From Octopus vulgaris (lineage: Eukaryota), in NCBI GenBank assembly GCA_951406725.2, contig OX597819.1:19654001-19718000 (forward strand): a stretch of DNA of 64,000 nt. Direction: 5' to 3'. Shown here one piece after another: positions 40,297 through 55,715 of this stretch; within the stretch, counting starts at the first letter, position 1; each line of letters opens with the position of its first letter. The position numbers and the translations under genes were made by a program. The notes beneath the pieces were generated by a model. The model was not told the origin of the DNA and did no database searches. It saw only the letters and a program-made list of their open reading frames with translations.

Positions 40297-40689
40297 ACAC
40301 TACCACCAACTTCATCATCATCATCATAACCATCATCATTCTCATCAGTTAGTAATATTATTAGTACCATCATAATCCTTATCCTCACCACCACCACCAC
40401 CGCCATCATTATTATCCTTATTGACAACGATAATTATGACGAGATGAATGTTGATGTTGATGTTGATGATGATGTATGCGACGTTGAAGCGAACAATAAT
40501 ACTAATCGCGTTGATGTATTCTGTTTATGAGAATAATAATAAAGTATCAAAAATGATAATGTTGATTATTATGAATGGTTCTTAGATGGTTATTTTAATT
40601 ATCATTGTGTTTCGCTTTATATGTGCTCAGAACATTTAACAACCATAACAAAATCTGCTCGAATAATCTTAATAATTTCTAGTTTAGGT

Positions 40690-41375
40690 ACAAAACAATT
40701 AATCTCGTGTAAATAACGGGTGATCGATTCCATTGAGCCGTGTGATTTACTGGTCCCTTACAGAACCCGTGGAGGTGAAGAGCAAAGTTGATCTCGGCGG
40801 GATTTGAACTCAGAATCAAATAATGGTTTCCAAAGACAGAAGACTGATTGGTTGGAAATGGGTCCAATATAGCGACCTTATAGAACCTGAGGACCTTAGA
40901 TAAATTATAAACTTATAGAATCTGAAGGGATAAAAATCAAAGTTAATCTTGGTGAGATTTGAACTCAGAATGTATAAAAATTGAAAAAAAAAACAACGTA
41001 AGCCTATTTTGTCCGACTCTGTAGCGTTCTTCCAGAAAGGCGCATTTAAAAATGGTTTCTAAAGACAGAAGACATAATGATTGGAAATGGGTTAAGTATA
41101 TCGATCCTATCTACTGAAAAAAAAACATTTAGTTTTATCAGTGAAAGTTGAATAAAAAGCAAAGTTGACCACGGTGGGATTTGAACATAGAATATAGGAG
41201 ATAGGAAGTAATACTGGGATCATGTATATTATCAACATCATTTACATTTGAAGGATATTTGTCCTCATCTTGTTTGTTAACACAGCGTTTCAGCTGGTAT
41301 ATCCTCCAGCCTTTATCGGGGGTCTTGGGGAAATTTCGAACCTGGGTTCTTATTCGTAAGGTATTTTTCGATGTT

Positions 41376-41433
<58 letters not shown>

Positions 41434-41434
41434 C

Positions 41435-41492
<58 letters not shown>

Positions 41493-41493
41493 G

Positions 41494-41552
<59 letters not shown>

Positions 41553-42170
41553 GTTATTATTATTATTATTCAGGGAACTGTTTGGAATTGAACTCGGAAT
41601 TTTGGGGTTAGTAGCCCGCCCTCTTAAATATAGAACTGAGATCATGTTGTCAGATACAATTTCCACAATAATTGTATCTAACTTCACGTCAAAGGGCCCC
41701 ACAATGATGACTATAATATTGATAGTGGTTTCAAAGTTTTGCTCAAGGCCAACAATTTCGGGAGGTGTAAATCGATTACATCAACCCAAGTGCTCAGCTG
41801 GTTCCTTTTTTTTTTATTGGCCTAGGAAATATGAAACGCAAAGTCAGCCTTGTAGGAATTCGAACCCGGAGCGTAAAGAAGGATAGAACTCCACTAAGCA
41901 CTTCTCCAGTGCGCTAACCATACTTTTTAACTTCAGCACTTGGTTAGTAATTTTGACTGATATTTTATTTTATTGACCACCCAACTTGAACTCAGCACAT
42001 GAATAGCTGGCAAAATACCGCTTAACATTTCGCCCAAAGCACTAAAGCTCCTGGGAACCGATCGCCTTACTTTCAAATAATGGCTCAAGACCTGCTATTT
42101 TAGGGAAAGACGGGAGTGGATTACATCGACGCCGGTTATTTATTTTAATCAACCTGATAGGACAAAAAGC
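40690..42170 (-). mobile_element. Cluster of about five decayed family A SINE fragments, all on the minus strand (others at ~38180, ~48250, ~51000, ~60050, ~62595)
   Basis: Repeated aaagtt(g)a.c..gg.g.gatttgaactcagaa motif at ~40785, ~40940, ~41162, ~41840 and ~41985. Confidence 0.65.
41225..41627 (-). mobile_element. Putative composite SINE: partial tRNA-like head (41571-41627), (AAT)n/(GAT)n spacer, hammerhead-bearing tail (degenerate ribozyme ~41279-41324)
   Basis: Head (rc): ttaagagggcGGG-ctactaa-CCCcaaaattccGAGTTCAATTCC, i.e. an anticodon arm and a B-box-like motif. Tail (rc): gaccc-CCGATAAA-ggctgg aggatata ccagct-GAAA-cg-ct-gtgtt. A tail fragment recurs at 16433-16472. Confidence 0.55.
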
Positions 42171-42381
42171 ATAAAGTACCTTCGTGTGGTTCTAGAGAAA
42201 GGGATTTAAATTGTAAAGTATAGAAGCCATCTTATCATGGCTAACCACATTGGGGAGGGGGTGTTACTGTAGCTTTATAGCCCCAAGAGATCTTCGTCTC
42301 TAGCTGGCTTTAGACACAATATCTGTGTCCTTGGAGTATTTGCAAAGGGAGGCCATCCCTTCCTCGCAAGCCTGAGTGATA

Positions 42382-42424
42382 CGCTCGAACTAGTTTCGGG
42401 ATTTTTGTCCCTCGTCAACGGGCG
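42382..42424 (-). ncRNA. Minimal hammerhead inside an unclassified GC-richer repeat (~42175-42450)
   Basis: Reverse complement reads cgcccg-TTGACGA-ggga caaaaa tccc-GAAA-ctag-TT-cgagcg, with palindromic stem III AACTAGTT and a C3U variant. Confidence 0.68.
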
Positions 42425-44589
42425 GTAACCACCAGGTAGCGATCAACTTGTTTAGCATTTCAAAGGAATTTGTTTCTCTACAGAAGCGTAGTTGATGCTT
42501 TCAAATAGATATCCAACAACTTTTGAAACACATTATCCCATCAGAATACATTTAGGTTCATCGCATAGAGTAGCATAGTTGGGATCTCTCATTATTGATA
42601 AGATATATTAGCAGAGTATTTGTTAACCAATAGAGTGATTTCCTATTTTCTTACAATTCTACCCAATTCTAGTCAGTGTAAGAAAATACATTTTAATAAG
42701 TTTGACACCTTGGCCCACACTTACGTATTTGTTCGTCGTTCAACATGTTGATTCTAACTGTCGATTGGTGACTCTTTTGTACATGACTGTTGTTTGATTT
42801 GTAACACAACTGGTAGAGACATAGCGATTGGACCAGATAGATTCACATCGAACTACTATGTACGTTTGTAGTTGTAGATAAAGGACATTAAAAAACAACA
42901 AAAGGTAAAATGGTGAAGAGGAAAGAAACAGAAAATACGAAGGAGAAAAAGAAGAAAGAAAAACAAAATAAGAGATTATCCACGGAGAATAAAAGCTAGT
43001 TTATTGAGAAACGTATATCAGACGTTTAATATATGAATGTAATTCAATTAGTTCTGCCGGGCAAAATGACCAATAAAAAAAAAAGTTACAAAGTTCACCT
43101 TATATTTTATGCAATATTATTGATGTTATACATGAATAAAAGCTGTTTATACTGTAGGAGATGTGGAATAATAATAGTTGTCGAAATAGTAGGGTAATGC
43201 AAGATATAAGAGCCAGGTCAATGTCCTTTAATCCAGAGCGAATTTAACAGCTGACAAGGCGCGATATTTTGTGAATAGTGAATGTTGAGCGTAAGATGGC
43301 CATTGATCAAAAGTGGAAACGTAATTTCTACCGTTATTTCCTACTCTTTCCTAGTTTATATGTCAGCGACATCGTCAATGACTCCATTTTCGTTTTCTTT
43401 AGCTTGCTGTCGCCCTGTTATTATATAAGCGGAAATTCAATTGTGTTTTAGCGATTATGTTGCGTTTCATTATGATTTTTTTTTTTTGGTTTTGTTTGTG
43501 CGTTGTGATAGAGATATTTTGGTTTTGTTATTTCATATTATATTTGGCGTTAGCTATGGTATTCATTTTCTTTCATGACAACGTGAATGAAGTAACATTA
43601 TTGTTCTATTGTAGACGACGTGTGTGACATTGAATATCCATAATTGTCTGAAGTAGTATGTTATTTATTACCGGAAGTCACTTCAATATTTTTACGACGG
43701 CACAACTTGTAATAACTCGACAGACTATGTTTTTATTGAGCTTTCCTAGATTTTACTGTCTGTTTCCAAGTATATTGTGTCCAAATATAATTCGTAGATA
43801 CGTACGGAAAATAAAGAAGACATTTACATGGTCTTTCGACCTGCTAATAAAACCAGTCAAATCTCCTTATAATTAACTCTACCACATCTTCAGAAGTTGG
43901 AACAAAACGATGGAAACTGCAGGGTTGTAAGAGTAATAGGGACAGTTTGGTTATTGCTGGAACGCGATTCCTTGGTTACTTATCTGATGAAGGCTTACTT
44001 GGACATTGTAAGCGAATGCTATATTTTTATTCTCAATTATAAAAAAAAAATGTTAAGGAAAAATACACATCATGCCAAAGGCAGACATTAAAGTCAAACA
44101 TTATTGACGTAGTGGATGACGTGCGCAATCGTCAAGTTGCCTTTTAGCAGGAGACGGAAAACAAGAATCTACTTCCAAGCGCTAAGAATGCTTAAAGAAT
44201 ACGTGACAATCGAAAGAAATTAACAGTGTTTTTTTTCTTATTTTTTAGTAATAAAAAGAGAAGAGAAAAGAACATCTCATACTCAACTAGCAATACAACC
44301 ATTGTTAGTTGTGATAGTGACAGCTTTTTCGGCATATTTGAATTTCATTAGACGCGTGTTCCGCTATTCAAGGGCTTCATTACCGAAGCAGTCAGAAAAA
44401 CGTGTTTCATCAATGAACAAAAGGCTCTATTCTTTTCAAACATTGAGATTATTACCAATACCGAGATTATTCAAATACTGAGATTATTACGATGAATTGT
44501 GACCGGGAATAGTTTGTATTATGTTAGAGAAGACTGAATTCAGGAAACTAATTCAAATAAACTAATTGCCTGAATTAAGTTAACTCATT

Positions 44590-44780
44590 TTATCCACCAT
44601 TAATGTGTATCGTCCGCAAAACTTCTAAATGAAACCTTCTGCCGTCCGGTCCGTCCTCACATGTAACTCACGCGCTCAGCCACAACACTTACTAAGTCCC
44701 CCATTGTCAATATGAATAGATTCAGTGATCCGTAATATTTCTTCAGGATTCAGTAGCAACTTCACTTTAGTTCCGAGAAC
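44590..44780 (-). pseudogene. CR1/L2-like RT relic
   Basis: GSLNLFILTMGDLVSVV...RSFADDT. Confidence 0.45.
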
Positions 44781-45147
44781 TGTTTCTGTACGTCTCCTTC
44801 TCATATCGTCAATCTCACTTGGCTCCGATATATTTAGTGTTACATGTACGTCTCGCTGAATTCAAGAAGTGGAGTACATATTCTCTCTGTTAATTTTCAT
44901 TGCCTCTCTCTGTTGACACAGTGTTAAAACCCTCCAATCGAATTGTATCCATTCTCGTAGCTCCTTGAAGCATATTCGTGCTAGTATTGATGTTGTTATC
45001 AAATCTCAACCAACGACAAATAACAACAATAAAAATAATGAACAACAATAACAACAACAATAACAATAATAATAGCAATAATAATAATAATGATAATAAT
45101 AACAATGATGCTAAAATACAAATACGAGCTACTAAATAATAATAATA

Positions 45148-45259
<112 letters not shown>

Positions 45260-45718
45260 TAATAATAATAATAATAATAATATTAATAATAATAATAATA
45301 ATGATAATAATAATAATAATAATAATGATCGGTGATACTATAGCCAGAAGGAGTAAAATGTGTGAGGGAGGAGAGCTTTGAATAATGTCGTTCACAGTGC
45401 CAACTGGTATTTTTATCATCTGTTAAGATAAAATGAATAAAAAAGTACATCATGTAGAGATAAAAATCATTCAATTTACTGAGTATACAAATACGAGCTA
45501 CTAAATACTTTTTGCATTGGAGATGCAGTTCAAGGCAGGTTTCATCAAAAAGATTTGTATAAAATACTAAAAGCCATCTACAACCAACTGAGAATGTCCC
45601 CACCAACAACAAAAAGAAAATGCGTGTTATAAAAGTCTGCAAAGGCCTGCGTCACCATAGAAGAACCTTTAAGTTGCTCGTATCACACTGTGTGTGGGGA
45701 ATAATATACCTATATATC

Positions 45719-45913
45719 ATGTGAGCTCGTGTGTACCGTTTTTTCCCCTCTGTCTTCCCTTCTCGGGGTCTTTCCTTCTCCTATGTTTCCGACGAAGAGC
45801 TCCGCTCGAAACGTTAAACCCTCTTTCTTCCCTTATTTCCTGAGCGTCCAATAATACTATATTTGTTCCACGTCCTCGCGTTGTTGTGTTTTGTTGTGTT
45901 TTCTTGTTTGAAT

Positions 45914-45917
<4 letters not shown>
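45719..45917 (+). mobile_element. Short PLE pLTR-like element with hammerhead (45785-45819), ending in (TA)n
   Basis: gttt-CCGACGAA-gagc tcc gctc-GAAA-cg-TT-aaac with palindromic AACGTT. A second copy lies at 61578-61770 (-). Confidence 0.75.
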
Positions 45918-45974
<57 letters not shown>

Positions 45975-46070
45975 GTATATGTATATATATATATGTATAT
46001 GTATGTATATATATGTATATGTTTATATCTATATGTATAGTATGTATGTACGTATGCACTTGTGATTGTA

Positions 46071-46123
<53 letters not shown>

Positions 46124-46126
46124 GTG

Positions 46127-46174
<48 letters not shown>

Positions 46175-46454
46175 CTTCGAAATACACGTCGATATAGAGG
46201 CCCCGAATTTTGCGTAATATTCAGCGATGTCTTAGTTCAACTTCTGTTCAACCAAACGACATACGTGTTATATGAAGTGGTATCTTCCAGTTATATCTGA
46301 TAGTTTCATTTTAGTATGGATGTAAACAAGCTCTGTAGCCTCTATAAATCTAGGCCGTGTGATACAGGCTCATAGAGAGATAGATAGAAAAACAGCAAGT
46401 AGAATGAAAAATATACAACATATATATATATATATATGTGTGTAAGTGTGTGCG

Positions 46455-46494
<40 letters not shown>

Positions 46495-46495
46495 C

Positions 46496-46552
<57 letters not shown>

Positions 46553-49500
46553 GTGTGTGTGTGTCGCTCTATCTATCTATCTGTCTATCTATTTATGTAG
46601 ATACAAATGTTCGTATTCCATTTCTCGCAATTTTTTTAACATCCAGTAAATAGGGTAAGTAAAAATAAAAGGAGTGATACACGATTATATATTCTTAAAT
46701 ATCCTCAAGGTTGTTGCATAAGCTCAGATGTTTATAATTTTGAAGATATATATTATTTAATGTGAAACAAGTTGCCTGCATATAAATATATAAATTAAAA
46801 CAAAACTAAAAAAAAAAAATGGATACAGGAAATGTTAAAACACATCTAGAGCCAGATGAGAATGCCGTGAAAATAAGTACACACCAAATGGGACATAGAA
46901 ATATGATTAAGCTTTCGTTTATAGATGCGGTTCCTAATTATTCAAGTTCCATTGAGTTTAGATTTTCTATATTCCTAGAAGATATACCAATGACGTCGTA
47001 TCATTTGAATCTCAGCTTTGAAGTCAAATAACGATGCTGTTTTTCGATTGATTGCTTTCTGCAGATTTCCATTGCCGCTGCTCAGTCGTATTTACAAACA
47101 TGTATATTTTATGTGTGTTTGTGTATGTGTATGTTTGCAGTAAATACGTATGTACGTAAGTACTCTTATCTAAGTATCGGAATACTGATGTGAACGCCAT
47201 CATGGAAATACACTCGTCTCTTCCTTGTCAGTATATCTATATATGTAAGTATGCATAACTGTAAGTATGTATACCTAAGTATATAGATATGTAGGTTTGT
47301 ATTTTATGCCTATAAGTGAATATTTATATGTGTGTGTGTGTATGTGTGTGTACGTGTGTGTATCTTTCTGTTTAAGTCTTTCTCTGTGTATGTATGAATT
47401 TGTGAACAAAAATATTTTTTTTGATACTCTAATGTAGTTTTACTGTGAAGGAAGTGTTTCATATCAAACGGCATTATTATCCTACAATCCTAACATCTTT
47501 AAAACCTAACACACCATACTAGAAACTGTCATTTTCGACGCGCACAAACACTCGTACGTACATACATGCATACATACATACATGCATACATACATATATA
47601 CATACTTACATAAGTGTGTGTGTGTGTGTATGTGAGTGTGTGCGTGAGTGAGTTTCTGTGTGTGTATGTGTGAGTGTGTGTGTGTGCGCGTGTAAATGTG
47701 TGTGTGTGTGTGTAAATATGTGTGTGTGTGTAAATGTGTGTGTGTGTAAGGTTTTGTATACATATGCAAGAGTATGTTTTCAAATATTTGATTGTGATAT
47801 TATCTGCAGGCATTTTCTGCAATATTTACTGAATCTACCTTGTCAGAATTCCGCTTTAATTACTTTATCGTTAAATTTTTATGAACCTAAACCTCAAAGT
47901 AGATTGAATGATGTAATATACAACAGATTGTGAACACAAATTTCTATCGAAAATTGAAAATAAACCCGGTGTTTCCAATAAAAATATGTATTGAAATTTA
48001 ATGGCTAAAAACCTGAAATTATATTTCTGATTAACGAAAGCGAATAGCGTTTATGGTGACCTTCTAGAGGGTGCAACATAAATTTCGTACGATGGTCTTA
48101 AATTAGGAGCAGATTCACGCTTATGTGAGCGTTGTTTTTGGTTTTGTTCGATCTATACCATTCATAAGACCAGGTACTCAATATCCCTCTTTCAGACAAC
48201 CCCCACCCTTGGAAGGTACGTCGTCCCTTGCAGCGTTCAAGTCTTGTAAGCTCTGTGGAAGGGTCAAGTTGATTCAGTCGCCCCTAATACTTTACTAGGG
48301 TATTAGTTTATCATTCCAAAGTGGATGAAGGGCATTTTTGGCCGCAGCGAGAGTTCAATGTAAGAATCGAGAAGAAATATCGCTAAAAATGATTCCGACC
48401 GTATACATCAGAAGTCAGCAATACATTTGTTTACTTTGCCTGGTTTCCATTGAGTCTATATGACCGAAATCACAACAATCCCCTCCGACTTCATAAGGAC
48501 GCCGCTCAGTTATAAGGTTCAAGTTCAGTAGTTTTGAAAGGGATGGTCATGTTGATTACATCTATCCCAGTTTTTGAGTTGTACGAAAAGACCGGGAAGA
48601 AAGGCCTTTAATCATTTTGTCTGACGGGCTAACCATAGTGATGGCTAACTGCCTTTCTGTGCAGTCATTCTTGCAAACCAACTTATAAATATTTACTGTA
48701 ATATATTTTTGAATTCTCTGTCGCGACAAGTAGTCTGTCTTTTCAAAAACTGAATTTTTATTAAAAGTAATTAAGAAGTAAGCAGCTAATTATTTCATAA
48801 ACCCAAAATTATTAGAATGACCGTTGAAATCACGTAACAATGTGGTTAAAGTATTGCATTGACGATCAGAAGATCGTGATTTCAATTTCCGGACTGGATA
48901 GTGTGCCCTGCCCTTGAGTAACACACCTTATTTCAGACGGTACCAATCAGCTCAGCTGTAAATGCCCCACCCTGCAACGGACTGACATCCGACCAGAGGG
49001 AATGGGGTGATCTCGATCATTTAAACATTATGGAAACGAAGTAAGTGATCGAAAGAGTTCTAGGGATTGGAGACATGACTGCATCAGTGTGATGGCACGC
49101 GAGAAGTTTACAATTAGGAAGGAGAGAGTAAGAGGGAGAGGGAGAGGGAAAGAGATGGAGAAGCAGTGAAAGAGCGAGGTAGAAACAGAGAGAGAGTTCA
49201 TCTGCAGTAATTGGCTCATATTTCATAATGATCTCGGAATGATGACAGTCAATGCTGAAATAGGAATGAACTAAAAAATCGACATGATTGTAATTGGGCA
49301 ATGTTTGCCACAGAAAAATCTGATATTTCTATCAATTAACCATTAACCACTTAATACCATAAAACTAAGAAACGGAAAATAATGGGACGATATGCAAATG
49401 AATATGGAAGTTGAAGGAGAGGAACCGAGCAAAAAACTGAAAGTGGTTCCCAAATCGATTGCTGGTTTCCCATGGAGATAACACCTTATTATACATAAAA

Positions 49501-49619
49501 TAGTTCAGCGTAATAGGCAGGAAAAATGCCATCAAGTTGTTCGGCCTTCCCTGAAGTCTGCATTTGGAGAAATATTTTCCTGTAACCATAAGCAATACAG
49601 AGTGATATCAGGGATAAGC

Positions 49620-49995
49620 AGGGAGCTGGCCGAATAGTTAGCACACCGGACCAAATGCTTAGCGTTATTTCGTCCGCTGCCGCGTTCTAAGTTCAAATCC
49701 GCCGAGGTCGACTTTGCTTTCCATCCTTTCGGGCTCGATTAAATAATTACCAGTTATGGACTGGAGTCGATGTAATCGACTTAATTCGTTTGTCTGTGCT
49801 TGTTTGTCCTGGGTATTTCGATACCCAGGTATTTCGATTGTTTTTATGTTCTGAGTTCAAATCCAACCGAGATGGACTTTGCCTTTGATCCTTTCGGGCG
49901 TCGATAAATAAAGTACCAGTTGCGTACAAGGGGGCGATATAATCGACTGGCCCCTTCCTCCAAAATTTCCGGCCTTGTGCCTAGAGCAGAAAATA
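49620..49995 (+). mobile_element. Two tandem SINE family A copies with different 3' tails
   Basis: The core occurs twice (~49665-49785 and ~49845-49950). Confidence 0.8.
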
Positions 49996-50077
49996 GGTAT
50001 GTCAGGGAATACCTTATGTAATATGTCGTCAAAATTTAAAGAGAGATGATTGTGATGAGATAGATAGATAAATAGAT

Positions 50078-50110
<33 letters not shown>

Positions 50111-50277
50111 TAATTCACTGTTTATTTTCACAGGTGCCACAATCACGTGAAAGTGCTAATGTTTTAATACTATGATGGAAATTAAACAATTATAAATATT
50201 GATAAATCTCAATCGAACATATCTGTATCTGTACGCATGTATGTATACATACACACACATACATACATTCGTATATA

Positions 50278-50414
50278 TGTGGCAATGTGTTAAGAAGCCG
50301 GTTTCGGGTTCAGTCCCATTGGGTGGCTCCTTAGACTAGTGTCTTCCCCTACATCATCGGGTCGACCAAAATATTCCCAGTGTATTTTGTAGGTGGAAAC
50401 TAAGAGAAGCTCGT

Positions 50415-50458
<44 letters not shown>

Positions 50459-50680
50459 CATACCTGTATGTGCATATACATACATACATGCATGCATATA
50501 TGTACGTCCTTGTGCCTGTGCTTGTCCTCCACCGTCGCCTGACAACCGGCCTTGGTGTGTTTACATCCCCTTAAGTTTCAGGTTAACAAAGGAGACCGAT
50601 ATAAGTAGATAGGACGTGGAACCATGTTTAAGTAAAATCAGGTTTTTTGCTAATGACGGCGCCTCAGCATGGTCACAGCC
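50278..50680 (+). mobile_element. SINE family C, decayed
   Basis: gggttcagtccca..gtgtctt..ggaaactaagagaagc..tgacaaccg..gtgtttac..cagcatggtcacag, collinear with the 10655 copy. Confidence 0.7.
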
Positions 50681-51779
50681 TCTCTAACATACACACACAC
50701 ACACCCTTCACACGAATAATCATATATTCGGTGTTACATTGACTTTTATACCTCTATGATGTCAATCAAATAGATTTTCATATTGTGTAATCAGATAATA
50801 TATACGGAATCAAATCATACGATTTACCTGTGTGACCAATTTTCCTGTTACTGTGTCAAGTTGTCCGTGAAATATTTCATATTATTCACGTTTATACACG
50901 AAATCATTAATAAACAGACACACACCAACGTATGGCCTCTCCAACAAAAAAATAAACATGCATTGAATTCATCCTTTCTACTAAATGCAAGTGCCCTAAA
51001 GTTTTGTTACATGAGGCTGATCGATTACATTGACCTCAGGGCTTCATAGGTACTTTTTTGTTCGCTCCCCGAAAGGATGGAGGGCAAAGTCTACCAGGGC
51101 GAAATTTGGAGTAAGAACGCAACATCCATCTAATATCACTATATACCACTAAGCATTTTATTCAGCGTGCTATTGACTACTTTTCGCTAGGCGCTTTATA
51201 TGTATTGAATATGTGCGACCTTCGATATATAGGGTGTTGCCTAACACTTATTTTCGACATGGTTAATTTTCCTGAAACGTACACATGACGATTGTATGGT
51301 TTTCAAATACTTGCATGAACTAAGGAATGTAATTCGCAGATCAAACATCTCAATTAATTACATCACTCCGCAGATTAGCTGTTTCAGTTCTTATTCCCAT
51401 CTCTCATTCAACGAATTTATGATAAACGCTTTGAACTTATTGCCTATCCCAACTCCTTCCATTGGAGCCAGGAACCAAAACCAACGTGTCTTTAGTAAGA
51501 AGTTCGAATGTAATGCAATCCGTTACCATGTGATCCAGCCGTACCTGGCCATCAAATATGCTCTCTGCTTATTATCCAGACTGCTGAAATCCGGCTCAGC
51601 TCCTAGCCAACAGTGTCATTCTTAAGATAAAATATTTCACCTTTGAAATCACAAAGATTTGAAATCACAACGCCTAATTAATTCCAATGTAAATAGATAA
51701 ATATTTCATCAGACAAAGTAATTTGATTACTAAAGACTTCGTCGCTTCTTCTAAAAGATAGAAAACCATATTGAAGGCT

Positions 51780-52270
51780 TTCTTGTTGATTGGATATCGT
51801 TCTTCAAAATACTCGATGCAGTTTTATCAGGATTTCCTTGTGACAATTCTTTTAATTCCAGTATAGACATGTTGCCGTTGTTGAAGTCAGTCGAGATGCC
51901 AAAAATATAGACTCAACCTGATTATGCTATTTGCCATATGTTCACATTTATCTTCATTGCTTAGAATCACTGAAAAATAAGAAGGATTTATACAATTAGG
52001 AATATTCTGAACAGGAATTAGTATATTTCTTGTAGATATAAAGAACATTTTTGAAACGAATCTAGTATCTTTTATGTAAATATTGACATTATATCACTAA
52101 TCACGTTAAAGCAGAGATGAATAGAAAGGCTTCCCCATGGGCGGTCTCCAGTTTTCCAACAAACTACATTCGTCCGTTTTGGATTTGGTGGACATACTGA
52201 GTAATGTGGGTGCGGGGAAATTTATTAAGCTTGAATCCATCTCTTCATGTCGGAATATAGATTGGACATC
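51780..52270 (-). pseudogene. L1/Tx1-like RT relic
   Basis: LENWRP..LCFNVISDIM and NNGNMSILELKELSQGNP fragments. Confidence 0.42.
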
Positions 52271-52342
52271 AATTCTTCTTCTTCTTCTTCTTCTTCTTCT
52301 TCTTCTTCTTCTTCTTCTTCTTCTTCTTCTTCTTCTTCTTCT

Positions 52343-52389
<47 letters not shown>

Positions 52390-52502
52390 TTCTTCTTCAT
52401 CCTCTTCTTCTTCTTCTTCTTCTTCTTCTTCTTCCTCCTCCTCTTCTTCTTCTTCTTCTTCTTCTACTGCTGCTGCTGCTGCTACTACTACTACTACTGC
52501 TG

Positions 52503-52603
<101 letters not shown>

Positions 52604-54857
52604 CTCTAAACACTTCGTTAATATCTGTTTTGCCAACTTGTATTCAAACGCTCTATTGCTTCTTGTCATTTGTTTTCATGAACGGCCCTTACAATGCACA
52701 GTTTTCATAAAAGCCACTTTATCTCCCGAAACCCTAAACATTGCATTTGTGATAATGAAGACATAAAACCTCCGTCAAAATAGTTATGTCCCTTTTGCCA
52801 CATTTATTATTCAATCCTTTCGTCTCTGTTCTTCTATCGCCAGCTACATCTAAGCTCTGCCTTTATCTCTTTAATTCACATTTCAAACATTATATCGATC
52901 ATACTTTGAACTGTGCGTGTATATATGTCGTTTGCATCGCATTCTAACACACATGACAGAAATATTGTGGGACTCACCTCCTCAGACTTTCAACTTAACT
53001 CACTATAAATCTTTAACGTATGAACATTAATATGAAGGACACTAAATTCATGGAGTCCCTCCCATCCTTTCAATCCTTACAGGTCTTTATTAGAACATCA
53101 TCTTCGTGTTTAGAATATCTAACCATAATTTACACCCATCTGTTTGCACTAACCAGTAATCTCTGCCACATCAAAGCAAACTTTAATCACGTTAGTTATA
53201 GCCGCCCAACCGCTGAACAGCTGACTTCAGTTGTACACAGCGTTAGTCTCCTCCTCTCAAGATATTCATGAAATAAAACGAACGATATAAAATAACAAAA
53301 CGAACGCTAGTTATAATAATATTCGATACATATTAAATGATTACCCGGAGTTAATATCACATTACTATTTTCACGAAATTCATCTCCTATATTACGTATT
53401 TCCACTGATCACAGCCAGATGCCTATAATAAAACGAAATGTTTTCCGAAATACGAAATCAAGCCAATTTATCATTCATCTCTACGTTTAAACTAACCCTG
53501 CAATCTTTGAAATAACTGCCGATATTCCTATTGCAATTCGTTTCAAAGATAGCTGGGTTGGTGGGTGTGCATGTACACAAACAGCAGAACTCTAACATAC
53601 TACAGTGGCATAGCCAAACTGATTGGTAGAGCGTTAATTCAATATACATGGTTAAATCGGAGCAGTTTAAACATAAAAGACCTAATCATTTATTTGTAGT
53701 CAAAGTCTAATATCTCTAACAAGCATGACGTTGAAATGCTTGCGTGATTTGACGAGAAGAATTTCCTTGAAGTCTAGCTTTAATTCAAGCTATAAGCAAG
53801 GAGGCAGCTTTGATGAGTTGAAAAGCAGTGCAAAAGAAGATATACAATTTTCAATGGGTTGAAGCAGAGATTTGTGTAAATACCTGATACAATTTAGAAG
53901 AATAATAAAATCGTATGGTTTGAATAAAGAATATTCAGTGTTTGGCTTAGGGATATAACAGCCGTTAAGGAAAGCTGTAGTTAATAAGGCAAATTTACAG
54001 TGTTTTCTAAAACTACCTGCTATTCTATTCGGTCGTTCCACATAAATAGGAAACTTGTGGTTAGAACATTTAACACTTTACACGTCTATAGGATTTGAAT
54101 GCTGTTAAGCCTTAACTGCTATCTTTAGTAATCTATATCTGCTTGGAAATAGGTTCAAACACATAATAGGGAATACTGCAGCAGTGGAGGTTGTTGTTGT
54201 ATGAGTGATTCTCTTTTCATAGCAATATTGCTGCTGCCCATAAATATAAACGATGAGCATTGCTGATGTGATGTGTTTATCCTCATCACAATCATGATTA
54301 TCCTCATGATTATCATGATTATCACGATCACGATCTTGATCATTCCCATCATCATCATCCTCGACGTCATCATCATCATCGACGTCATCATCATCATCGT
54401 CCTCATCATCATCATCATCATCATCATCGTCAACATCATCATCATCGTCATCATTGTCATCGTCGTCATCGTTGTCGTCGTCGTCGTCATCATCATCATC
54501 ATCATCATTGTCATCATCATCATCAGTATCATCATCATCATCGTCATCATCATCATCATCATCATCATCGTCATCATCATCATCGTCATCATTGTCATCG
54601 TCGTCATCGTTGCCGTCGTCGTCGTCGTCGTCATCATCATCATCATCATTATCATCATCATCATCAGAATCGTCATCATCAGAATCATCATCATCAGAAT
54701 CGTCATCATCATCATCATAATCATCATCATTATTATCATTATTATTATTATTATTATAATTATTATTATTATTATTATTATTGTTATTATTAAAGTTATT
54801 TTTATCATTATTATTATTATTTATTATAATTATTATTATTATTATTATTATTATTAT

Positions 54858-55572
<715 letters not shown>

Positions 55573-55573
55573 G

Positions 55574-55715
55574 TGTGAGAGAGCAGCTCATGCCATCAAA
55601 GTAACACTGGGGTAAAATATACGAAGCCCAATATACCCATCATGACTACCCGTCTGATAAAGGTATACCAGGCACATGCATCACGACCATATGTGCGCGA
55701 CATGGTGATCTCATA
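55574..55715 (-). mobile_element. Truncated copy of the (ATT)n-anchored element
   Basis: Retains only the gtgagagagcag end. Confidence 0.85.

Noticed and set aside
52780-53270. Possible RTE RT relic; similar hints at 42460-42840 and 56160-56420
   Set aside because: Only two or three weak, frame-broken motifs each; needs a profile search.
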